Source: Carcharhinus longimanus (taxonomy: Eukaryota). Taken from it: a stretch of 64,000 nt of DNA. Positions within the stretch are counted from its first letter, which is position 1. The number at the start of each line of letters is the position of its first letter. The stretch lies in contig JASCQW010000027.1 of assembly GCA_030264375.1 (NCBI GenBank), positions 90,485,161-90,549,160 on the forward strand, given 5' to 3'. The notes beneath the pieces were generated by a model. That model was not told the origin of the DNA. It did not search any database and worked only from the letters and a program-made list of their open reading frames with translations. Positions 1 to 9,880 of this stretch are shown here, piece by piece. A program made the translations under genes and the position numbers.

Positions 1-194
1 CTTCGGAGGAGGTCGGTGTGGTGTATAAATTGAGTTTGTGTCTTTATATGTCCTGTTTGTGAACAGAACTCCCACTCACCTGATGAAGGGTCAGCACTTT
101 GAAAGCTAGTGGCTTGTGCTACCAAACTTTAACCTGATGTTGTGAGATACCTTAGTGTGTTTACCCCAGTCCCATGCCAGCATCTCCACATCAT
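1..194 (+). mobile_element. Penelope-like element 3' terminal repeat (family A), running off the window edge
   Basis: CACCTGATGAAGG..GAAAGCTAGTG..ACCAAA..CTTTAACCTGATGTTGTGAGA..ACCCCAGTCC..GCATCTCCACATCAT; same tail recurs at 8030-8118, 41060-41122 and 56918-57003. Confidence 0.7.
76..112 (+). ncRNA. Minimal type I hammerhead ribozyme motif
   Basis: Stem I CAC(77-79)/GTG(109-111); core CTGATGA(80-86); stem II AGGGT/ACTTT (87-91/96-100, two G-U pairs); GAAA(101-104); short palindromic stem III AGCT; CUA cleavage triplet (106-108). Confidence 0.65.
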
Positions 195-202
195 TTCTTC
201 CA

Positions 203-340
203 ACAGTCCAAAGATGTTTAATTTATGTGGATTAACAATGGTAAATGCACAGGATTTTGGGATAGGACAAAGGGGAGGGCAATGCAGACTCAATGGGCTG
301 AATGGCCTCTTCCTGCACTGTAGGGATTCTATAGTTCTAT
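203..340 (+). mobile_element. HE1-type SINE, 3' part
   Basis: ACAGTCCAAAGATG..GCAGACTCAATGGGCTGAATGGCCTC..CTGCACTGTAGGGATTCTAT tail shared with other SINE copies. Confidence 0.8.
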
Positions 341-997
341 GGACACTGCAGATGGTGGAGTGTATCATCAGCCCTAGAAATAACATTTTGATGTGAGTTA
401 ATTTTCCTTTAAAGCTTATCTTCTTTGTTATGGTGCCCCTTTAAGGGGCTGTTACTTCAATTAGGTTATCTTTTGTTTGACTGGTTTTTCAAAAAGAGCA
501 TAATGTAAGTTGTTATTATACTTATTAACAACATCACATCACAATTTCCTATTAATGTTCTATTTACTGCCTGTAACTCATTCCTTTAATACTTTGTCCC
601 TTCCTATTTATATCATGCTTGTCCATAACGTTTTTCTGTTATGTTTAAGCTTGCTGTTAGTAATCCTATCTCTTGCATCTTTTTGGCCATTCTTCTTGCA
701 TGACTTACTCCACCTGTGCACCTCTAGGCTGTTGATTTATGTCTTTGAACGCCAGGTCTCACACCTGACACAATCTGCTGCTGCCTTTCTTTGCTACTGA
801 GCTGGTCTCCTGTCACATCCAGCTCCGTCAGTTAATTAAAACACGACCTGAGAATCATTGTTCTCCACCACTGCTCAGTCCCGAGTACCTAGTGTCACCA
901 AGATCCCAACCACCTCATGTCTCTATCCCTTTTGGGCATTTTCCTCAATCTCAACCACTCTTTCTCATTGTGTCAATGGTCAGTGTCCTTTCATGTA

Positions 998-1544
998 TAT
1001 AGAAATATGAAATATAGGAGTAGGAGGCTCCTTTGAGCCTGCTCTGCCATTCATTATGATCATGGCTGATTATCCAACTTAATAGCCTGAATTTGTCTTC
1101 CCCCCTATATTCTTTGATGTTCTTTGCCCCATAAACTATATCAAACAATGTTTTGGCCTTTACTTCTCTCTGTGATAGCGAATTCAACAGACTCACCACT
1201 TTCTGGGTGAAGAAAATTCTCCCCATCTCAGTCCAAAAAAGTTTAGCCCGTATCCTTAGATTATGATCTATTGTTCTGGACTCCTCCACCTTTGGAAATA
1301 TTCATTCTGCATCTACCCTGTCTAGTCCTATTAGAATTTTATAGATTACTATGAGATTCCCCCCCGCTCATTCTTCTCAACTCCAGAGAATACAATCCTA
1401 ACCAATTCAATCTCTCCTTATACATCTGTCCCACCATTCCTGGAATCAGCCTGGTAAACCTTTGCTGCATTCCTTCTAGAACAAGAACATCCTTCCTTAG
1501 ACAAAGAGACTAAAACTGCACGCAATATTCCAGGTGTGGTCTTA
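998..1544 (-). mobile_element. CR1 LINE 3' fragment
   Basis: Reverse strand ends in CR1 3'UTR and TTTCTATAT repeats; decayed ORF2 end (ORF 951..1289 HNLRIRAK..RIFFTQKVV). Confidence 0.85.
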
Positions 1545-1987
1545 CGTGAATATCGTATGATTGCTTTCTGCCTGACCTTCGCACTTTGAAGCTATTTTGC
1601 AAGACTAAGAAAGGGCAGATCAGTGACATTCAGCCTGGGAAAATGGTACAAGTGCAAGTCAGAAGCAAACCCACAAAAAAGGAAGTGTAGATAAGGCTCA
1701 CAAAAAGTAAATCTTATCTGGGCAAGTCTTTCCAGTAATGCTGACATTTTCTTTAAAAAAGAGGAAAGATTATTTCTGAATTACAGAAAAGAACTCTAAT
1801 CCCTACTGAGATATGAGTTTAGAAATGCACATCGATAGTTTCTATTTAGAAAGAAAAGCAGAACATTCAGCATGTTCAAGGCTAAAAAGTGACAAGGATG
1901 AAGGAAGTGCCACTTTGCAACTTGGATACTCCCTGAAACGATTCCGGCTATAAATACAGATTGCTATGAACTGCAAACGGATTTAAG

Positions 1988-2440
1988 AATATAGAAACAT
2001 AAGAAATAGGAGCTGGATTAGGCCATTTGGTCCATCAAGACTCCTGCCTTAAGATCATGGCTGATCTTCTAACTTCACTCTACCTTCCTGCACTATCCTC
2101 ACAAGGAGGAGATAGACTTCTCGGCTCTAAAGGCGTCATGGATATGGATAGGGTGAGGTATTGAGATAGAGAGGATCAGCCATGATCATATTGAGTGGCA
2201 CAGCAAGTCTGAAGGGCCAAATGACCTACTCCTGTTCCTATTTTTTATGTTTCTATGTTTCCCTTAAATTCCTTTGTACCTAAAATTCTATCAACCTCTC
2301 TTTCGAACATACTTAGTGACATTGCATCCACAACTTCCTGGGATAGAGAACTTCAATGCTTTACAATCCTCTGGATAAAGAAATTTCTCCTACATGGGTC
2401 ATATTGGGTCAATCCCTCTTCCTGAGATCCTGACCCATTC
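1988..2440. mobile_element. Nested CR1 3' ends: minus-strand copy (1988-2100, 2261-2440) interrupted by a plus-strand copy (2105-2260)
   Basis: ATAGAAACATAAGAAATAGGAGC on one side, CCTACTCCTGTTCCTATTTTTTATGTTTCTATG on the other; minus copy resumes after 2260. Confidence 0.75.
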
Positions 2441-2470
2441 CATTCTGGCATCACTTGGATTTATGACCAT

Positions 2471-2613
2471 GGGCAGGATTTTTACAGCCTTGCTCATCCT
2501 GAAATCCCGTCCATGATTACAAATTCAAGTAAAATCCAAGGTTAACCAACCTTTCCATGTCAGCTCCTCACCCTCACTGATTCCCATGGCAGGCACAGCA
2601 GTAAAATTCAGGT
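2471..2613. mobile_element. MITE (Harbinger-like)
   Basis: GGGCAGGATTTTTAC...GTAAAATTCAGGT imperfect terminal inverted repeats; body similar to 23562-23687. Confidence 0.55.
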
Positions 2614-2669
2614 GCATATTTCACACAAGGATAACAAAAGTCCCTTAAAGTCGAATATTATTTGTTGAT

Positions 2670-2957
2670 TAATTTATTATTGCCACAAGTAGGCTTACAT
2701 TAACACTGCAATAAAGTTACTGTGAAAATCCCCTAGTCGCCACGCTCGAGGCGCCTGTTTGGGTACACTGAGGGAGAATTTATCATGGCCGATGCACCTA
2801 ACCAGCACGTCTTTTGGTCTGTGGGAGGAAACCGGAGCACCCAGAGGAAACCCATGCAGACATGGGGTGAACGTGCAGACTCTGCACAGACAGTGACCCA
2901 AGCTGGGAATCAAACCATGGTCCCTGGCACTATGAGGCAGCAGTGCTAACCACTGTC
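2670..2957 (-). mobile_element. tRNA/V-domain SINE with alternative 3' tail
   Basis: Same head and body as HE1 copies but ends GTGGCGACTAGGGGATTTTCACAGTAACTT..GTAAGCCTACTTGTG..AATAAT. Confidence 0.85.
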
Positions 2958-3140
2958 CATTAAAGTTAGGTTCGCTTTCAATTTAGCAACACTATTGGGT
3001 AACAGGGCAACTAGAAAACAAAAATGCTTTCTCTGCCACGTTTTGGGGGTAAGTTCATCATGTGTCACATAGTAGTTTATAACTGGAAGATAGAGCAAAG
3101 ATGAGTTAATTTAGGAAAAAACAAGAATGAAGAAAATACG

Positions 3141-3745
3141 CAGAAAGTTCTGGAATCAATCAGTCAGGCATTATCAGCAGAGAAAAGAATAGAAGTAACA
3201 TTTCAAGTTGATGGCCATTTATCAGAACTGGAAGACATTAGAAATTAATGGCTGGAATTCCCCAGTCTTGCATGTCCCATTACTGCTGTCAGCGAGAACT
3301 GAGAATTCGGCACTCCGCCAAACTTCCATTCATTGCACTGGGATTGGAGAATTCCAGCCGCGAGTGAGCTCGGAGAATTCCCGCCAACGACTTTTTGAGC
3401 AAGAATAGAACCGGGAAAAGTGGGCAGACAGACAGTGAAAGATCTAAAGGGAGAGGATCTATGAGAGGAATGGTTAAAAGATAAGACAAATACGTGGAAA
3501 AAAGACTTGATTGTAAGGAAGACAATCGTCCTCTGTCGTAACCTGTAGCAGTAACAATCAGGAGAGTTTTGTTTTGAAGATACCCTATCATGTCAAACCC
3601 TGGAATGAGGACATCAGGGAATGGAGATCAGATGAAATAAACCAAAGTTCTGAGTTATAAAACTCAGGGGGAAACCAAAGAGGTGCTTCAAATTAGATTT
3701 TCATGGAAGGATGTGCTAGGCAAATGTGAGAACTGTTTCTGAGAA
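3141..3745 (-). mobile_element. Penelope-like element 3' fragment (family B), decayed
   Basis: Reverse strand CAGTTCTGATAAATGGCCATCAACTTGAAATGTTACTTCT (decayed hammerhead) followed by the family B tail. Confidence 0.55.
3250..3385. mobile_element. MITE (Harbinger-like)
   Basis: GGCTGGAATTC...GAATTCCCGCC TIRs; flanks AAT/AAC. Confidence 0.7.
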
Positions 3746-4574
3746 CATCTTTTTAATAATGTCCTTTGATTGACATGTCACGGTGAGCTCCAACACGATG
3801 GATACAGTAGACTGCTTATTTCAAGAGTTTTCAACTTAGGTCAGACGAATAAAGAAATAGCCTGTGATTTACGTAAGATATAACAAAGGCCAGCTTTTAT
3901 ATTTATAAAGCAGTTCTTTTCTATTTGAAATGAAACAAATGTGTTTTATATCTAGCTGTCATTAATATGCTCAGATCTGCTCGTACTGATGTTTACATGC
4001 CTATACCAGATACTGTTATGATTAAGGCTGATGATGAACAATCTGGATCCACTGGAGATTGTTTTGCACATGGCTCTATATTAAAGTCCTGCCAGAATAT
4101 GACATTGTACAGAGGTTTAAAACTACTTTCCTTTTGTCACAGCATTGTGTTAGTTTAATTGTGTTACAGTTTCTCATCCCGGAGTTGGCACGTGTAGCAT
4201 TTCTTGAACACTATAGGTGGTTTTCGAGGTGCACACCTCTGGAGAGAGTCATGCGGGCACCATATCTCTGGTGGCTTTGATGAGTTGGCAGTGAGTGTTC
4301 ACCAGAAGAATGGCAGGTCAATCAGTTCATTTGACATCAGCACTGCCATTTTGGACCTCAATATTCCAGCTATTGCTTTCTTTTAATCGTGCACAGCTGG
4401 ACATGCATTCAAATAAAGGAAGGACCTCCCAGCATTACTTAAACGGACTATCAACTCCTTGTAAGTTAGGGCAGATTGATTTCCATTGACTCTCACTATG
4501 ATTGCTTTGAACCTTCCAGAGTTCTTCAAAGTTGCTAAAATCTACAAGGCGCTGCGTGGCAAATGCTGGAGGGT

Positions 4575-5520
4575 TTTAATTCATTCCTGGGATGTGAGCA
4601 AGGCTAGCATTTGTTGCAATTGCTAATTGCCCTTGACAGTGTGGTGGTAGGCCTATTTCTTGAGCTGCTGTAGTCCACAGTGCTATTATGAAGGGTATTT
4701 TAGGTTTTCATCCAGTGATGGTGAAGGAACGTCAATATAGTTCCAAGTCAGGATGATGTGTGTTTTGGAGGGGAATCTGCCGGTGATGGTGTCCTTGTCC
4801 TTCTGGGTGAGTGAGCTCATGGGTTTGAAAGATGCAGTTGAGAAAGTTTTGGCTGCGGTGCATCTTCTGGATGGTACACACTGATATCAAAGTATGTTGG
4901 TGATGGATGGAGTTAAGTTCAAGGTGCTGGATGGGGGACCAGTAAAGTGGGTTGCTTTGTTCTGGATGATCTTGAGTTTCTTCAGTGTTGTTAAAGCTGC
5001 ACTCTCCCAGGCAAGTGGGGGTATTCCATCACCCTCTTGACATGTGCCATGTAAATGGCGGACAGGCATGGTGGAGTCAGGAGGTGAGTTCCACTCTGCA
5101 GAATTCCCAGCCTTTTACCTGCTCCTGAAGCCACAGTATTTATATGGCTGGTCTAGTTTAGCTTCCCATCAGTGATCACTCCAGGATATTGTTCACAGGA
5201 GAACTCAGTGGTGATAATATCATTGAATTCCAAGGGGAGATGATTAGATTTTTTGGGAATGAGCATTGCCTATTATTTGTGTGGCCTGAATATTACTTGC
5301 TCCATGTCAGCCCAATCCTGAATGTTGTTCAGGCCTTACTGCATGTCAGCATGAACTGCTTCCGTATCTGAGTACTGACAAATGATGCTGAACATTGTGC
5401 AATCATCATGGGTTTCCCCAGGAAAGTCATTGATGAAGCAACTGAAGGTGATTGTGCTCACAACACAATTCTGAGGAGCTCCTGCAGTGATGCCCTTGGG
5501 CCGAGAACACTGACCCAACA
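4575..5520 (-). mobile_element. CR1/L2-group LINE ORF2 and 3' end, decayed
   Basis: RT motifs in minus-strand ORFs: GAPQNCVVSTITFSCFINDFP..DDCTMF and PLAWESAALTTLKKLKIIQNKA. Confidence 0.85.
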
Positions 5521-5720
5521 TCTTCTGCTGAAATCATTTGTGTTGTCAGTATGGACGCTCCTGTTGGAATACAATGTGACAAGGAGAAAGGCCTCTTCAC
5601 TGCCCAAAGAAGGAGAAGGAGGAGAGGGAAAAAACTACCAGCAGGAGACCATGTCTGCCCAGAGTGTTCATTGAACAATTGCCCAACATGGACCTTAGTG
5701 AGGAACATTGCTGCACTTCA

Positions 5721-6014
5721 GGGCAGCACAGTGGTTAGCAATGCTGCCTCACAGCACCTGAGACCTGGGTTCAATTCCTGGTTTTGGTTACTGTCTATGT
5801 GGAGTTTGCACATTTTTCCTGTCTGCACGAGTTTCCTCCAGGTGCTCTGGTTTCCTCCCACAATCTGAAAGACATGCTGGTTAAGTCATGCTAAATTCTT
5901 CCTCAGTGTATCTAAACAGTCACCTGGGTGTGGCGACTAGAGGATTTTCATAGCAACTTCATTGCAGTGTGAATGTAAGCCTACTTCTGACACTAATAAA
6001 TAAACTTTAAACTT
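5721..6014 (+). mobile_element. tRNA/V-domain SINE with alternative 3' tail
   Basis: Box A GTGGTTAGCA, box B GGTTCAATTCC, V-domain, tail as at 2670-2957, ending AATAAATAAACTTTAAACTTT. Confidence 0.9.
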
Positions 6015-6171
6015 TAAGGACATCCTCAGTGAAATATGACAACTGCTTCAGATAAAACCACAATCTCAGAGCAGAGTAATGCCTGCATTGCCAGTGAAAG
6101 TGGCCATGGTTATGAACCTTTATGTTCCGTGCTCCTCCAGGCTGAAGCTGGAGGTATTGGCAATATCTCAC

Positions 6172-6300
6172 AGTTTGCCATTCAATGTCGTGTGAGAGAT
6201 TCATGAGACTTTCCATTCGGAGAGCTGCAGTCAAATCCTCATGAGTCAAAGTCGGATGACACAAAATTCCATTCATGTCAAAGTTATCAATCATTCTCAC
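6172..6300 (-). CDS. Candidate internal coding exon, product unidentified
   Basis: Acceptor TTTTTGTTATTCTGCAG, donor ACT|GTGAGA, 129 bp phase 0-0, open frame VRMIDNFDMNGILCHPTLTHEDLTAALRMESLMNLSHDIEWQT; non-repeat sequence. Confidence 0.35.
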
Positions 6301-7028
6301 CTGCAGAATAACAAAAACTATTGAACATTGCCCGTAATTAACTGAAATTCTGCAGTGGCCAATCTGGGTTAGCTAAACTTCTGCTTGATGCTGGCAAGGA
6401 AAATGTTGCCAAAAATCCCTCGTAAAACAGGTGCTTCCCCAGCACAAGCAAGCTGTGGCCATGTTGTGACCATGTGACCATGTTGGCCAATCAGAGCAGA
6501 ACGGTTAGACATAAGTTTTCTCAAATTTCTCTGTGAAGTAATACGCAAAGCGTGCAAACACGACGGAACCCACGATAAAGTGTTGTGGATCAGAGTGAAG
6601 GTGAAGTTGATAGTGCAAGTGGAAAACTGTGACACGAAGCAGAAAGCAGGCATCTGGAAAGAGCGAGATATTCAGCCATTAGTTTGTCTACCATTTTGAA
6701 AGCTAAGGAAAACGTCAGTTTGACAAATAGTCTTTCTCTCCAACAAGGAAGAGATGAGAATGGCTACTTATCCCAAAGTTAGAGAAGATTTGTTCAAGTG
6801 GTCCAAGGAAGCTTAAGCAGTGAATGTGCCCATCTCCAGCCCATTCTGCACCATGGTGAAGAAGCTAGGACTGTTCACCAGCAACAGATGGCTGGACCAA
6901 TTCAAGACAAGGTACAGCATCATCTTCTTCACAGTAAGCAACCGCAATGACAGATATTGTCTTCAAAATGGTTTCATTCACATCTTGAATGAGTATGCGT
7001 GAAGATACATTTTTAATGTCTCTGGTGG

Positions 7029-7908
7029 GTGGCATAGTGGCACAGTGGTTAGCACTGCGGCCTCACAGCGCCAGGGACCCAGGGCAGCACAAGGGCAAAG
7101 TGGTTAGCACTGCTGCCTCACAGCACCAGGGACCTGGGCCAGCACGAGGGCACAGTGGTTAGCACTGCTGCCTCACAGCACCAGGGACCCAGGGCAGCAC
7201 GAGGGCACAGTGGTTAGCACTGCTGCCTCACAGCGCCAGGGACCCAGGGCAGCACGAGAGCACAGTGGTTAGCACTGCTGCCTCACAGCGCCAGGGACCT
7301 GGGACAGCACGGGGGCACAGTGGTTAGCACTGCTGCCTCACAGTAACAGGGACCTGGGACAGCACGGGGGCACAGTGGTTAGCACTGCTGTCTCACAGCG
7401 CCAGGGACCCAGGGCAGCACGGGGGCACAGTGGTTAGCACTGCTGCCTCACAGCGCCAGGGACCCAGGNNNNNNNNNNNNNNNNNNNNNNNNNNNNNNNN
7501 NNNNNNNNNNNNNNNNNNNNNNNNNNNNNNNNNNNNNNNNNNNNNNNNNNNNNNNNNNNNNNNNNNNNGGGACCCAGGGCAGCACGGGGGCTCAGTGGTT
7601 AGCACTGCTGCCTCACAGCGCCAGGGACCTGGGACAGCACGAGAGCACAGTGGTTAGCACTGCTGCCTCACAGTAACAGGGACCCGGGCTTGATCACCGG
7701 CCCCGGATCATTGTCTGTGTAGAGCTTGCACATTCTCCCATTTCTGTGTGGGTTTCCTCTAGGTGTTCCGGTTTCCCCCACAGTCCAAAGATGTGCAGGT
7801 TAGGTACGTTAGCCATGGGAAATGTGGTGAAGGAGTTATGGGGATAGGGTGGACAGGCAAGCATTGGTGGGTCAGTGGGCCTCCTTCTACACCTTAGAGA
7901 TTCTATGG
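7029..7908 (+). mobile_element. HE1-type SINE with tandemly amplified 55-bp tRNA-derived head
   Basis: Unit GGCAGCACGAGGGCACAGTGGTTAGCACTGCTGCCTCACAGCGCCAGGGACCCAG, 8 copies before and 2 after a 100-N gap, then a normal SINE body and tail. Confidence 0.9.
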
Positions 7909-7948
7909 TTCTTAACATGGATAAAACCAAACTGTTTGATTGCCTTTT

Positions 7949-8118
7949 AGTAAAAAGTCTGACAACACCAGGTTTAAATCCAACCGATTTATTTGATAGT
8001 AAACTCAAATATACTACCAAACTCAAATTTACTATCAAATAAATCGGTTGGATTTAAACCTGGTGTTGTCAGACTTTTTACTGTGTTTACCCCATCCAAC
8101 GCCAGCATGTCCACATCA
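7949..8118 (+). mobile_element. Short Penelope-like insertion (family A) with 5' inverted duplication
   Basis: Perfect 55-bp inverted repeat 7949-8003/8028-8082; flanked by TGATTGCCTTTT (7937-7948) and TGACTGCCTTTT (8119-8130). Confidence 0.8.
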
Positions 8119-9457
8119 TGACTGCCTTTTGCCAGACTCCTCCTGCTGTTTAATGGCTTAATGATGAAAAGCGGAGCAAGGAATGTTGTCATTGCTATGG
8201 TCTCCACCCACATGGAAGGTGCTGAGAAGCTGCCATTTCTCCTGAAAGGGAAGTCCAATATGCCACAATGCTTCACAACAATCAAGACACTACCCGCTCA
8301 GCACAGGGCAAACTAAAATGCGTGGCTGACCTCTAGCATTTTTGAGACATGGATCAGGAAAATGGACAAAACTAAGCAACAAAAGAAAAGGAACATTTCC
8401 ATCACACACTGCCCCTCATACCCCAACATCGCTGGCCTGAAAAGCACCAAACAGATGCTCTTGCCTCCCAAAACCACAGCAAGCACCAATCAGTAAATCA
8501 GGAGTAATTAGGAGTTTGAAAACTCACTACCAATGGCAACTGATGTCTTCACTTATTAAGGCTATCAAAAAGAAGCAGGACAATAATCCCACTGTGTAGG
8601 AGGCCACGCTGGTGTTTGAAAATGAGCAGGAGATAGTGAAGAAAGCCACAATTATAAACTGCTTCTACACCACTGCATTCAAGCAGGTTACAGTACCAAC
8701 CCACCTGATGACGAGATGCTTTTCCTCAGCTGTGGATGGTGGTATGGAGATTCTGACAGAGGCAGCCATGGAAATTGAGGCGGAGGTGGATGATGCCGCA
8801 AGATGGAACTGACAGATGATGTCACTGTAGATGCGGAGTGTTGTTCAGCCAAGAGCCCAATGACCCTGAAGATCCCAGTGCCTACCTGCCCCCGGCCCAC
8901 CTGTTTACCTTGCCGTTGCTGTGAAAGTTGTTGAGATGCTCTGGGATTTTGCACTGCAGCAAACAAACAACATTTACTGCACTGGTGACATGGCAGACTG
9001 TTTCACACACATTCCAAAACAGCACGCTAAACAGAAGATTACAGAGCTTTTCTGGTGCTAAATTCTGGCCTTTTTCAAGACCAACTGTGAACAAATGGAA
9101 TAAAGATATTTTTACTCTTTTACTGTGTTTTTCATTCAGCGTTTGAATCTGAAATGCAAAACCAGTAAGTGTTGACTGGCACAATATGTAACAATTTAAA
9201 TACAGTACAGTAATGTGTGGGCCATGTTTGCAGGCATATTGGGTTATATAAAGAAGCAATCGTGTGGCAAATTGGGCCTCCCTGGTTATCACAAAACTCT
9301 GCTTAACTGGAATCTAAGTCCAGCTCCCCAGGGATTTGGTTCATCGAGAGTTTACTAACTACTTTTCATTGTCTCTTGTCAAGAGACCAGCAGGCACAGT
9401 TAGCACATGAGCATTACAAGTATTCCAAGCTTCCCCATGATATAAGAGGTCACTGAT

Positions 9458-9460
<3 letters not shown>

Positions 9461-9495
<35 letters not shown>
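9461..9495. repeat. (AC)n microsatellite
   Basis: About 17 perfect AC units. Confidence 0.98.
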
Positions 9496-9496
<1 letters not shown>

Positions 9497-9576
9497 TGCT
9501 TCGCAGGCATTGTATGTTATCTCTGAGAGGTAATTAAGAGGGATTCCACTGCCTGGTGTGTTATCATAAGCAGCAA

Positions 9577-9880
9577 ATTATTCAGCTCAGTGCCCATGAT
9601 GCCTTAATGGGCAGCAGTGCGCCATTCCAGCTGCACTTGAGCCAACATGGCCATATAAATGTTGGCTGCTGGGCCACCAGGGTTGACGACTGTCGACATG
9701 GCTGATGGCTCCAGTGTGCAACCCACACGTGAGCAGCATGCATGCATTGAAAGCCATGCTGCCACACAGAATGTGATTGAGCAGATCGTTGGAGTACAGA
9801 AACTTGCATAGGTCACTCTAGAGGAGCTCTGCAGTCCTGTGCAGAGTGGGTTTCAAGTTTCATGCTGGCCTGTTGCATGA
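9577..9880 (+). pseudogene. PIF/Harbinger (HARBI1-like) transposase fragment
   Basis: Decayed translation SAHDA..WLLGHQG*RLSTWLMAPVCNP..ESHAATQNVIEQIVGVQK..HSRGALQSCAEWVSSFMLACCM matches the Harbinger DDE C-terminal motifs. Confidence 0.85.

Larger units (their letters stand above)
6560..9356 (+). mobile_element. pogo/Tigger DNA transposon fossil (CENP-B HTH plus DDE_1 transposase pseudogene)
   Basis: Frameshifted translation gives SLSTILKAKE..ATYPKVREDLFKWSKEA*AVNVPISSP, SNRWLDQFKTRYSI, NMDKTKLFDCLLPD, MEGAEKLPFLLKGKSNMPQCFTTIKTLP..NAWLTSSIFETWIRKMD, LLPPKTTAS; TIR-like end at ~9330-9356. Confidence 0.9.

Noticed and set aside
5721-5800. tRNA genes at A/B-box motifs
   Set aside because: All continue into SINE bodies and lack a full cloverleaf
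7029-7690. CRISPR-like appearance of the 55-bp array (also 37042-37325 and 47146-47348)
   Set aside because: No unique spacers and no cas genes; units are contiguous tandem repeats in vertebrate DNA
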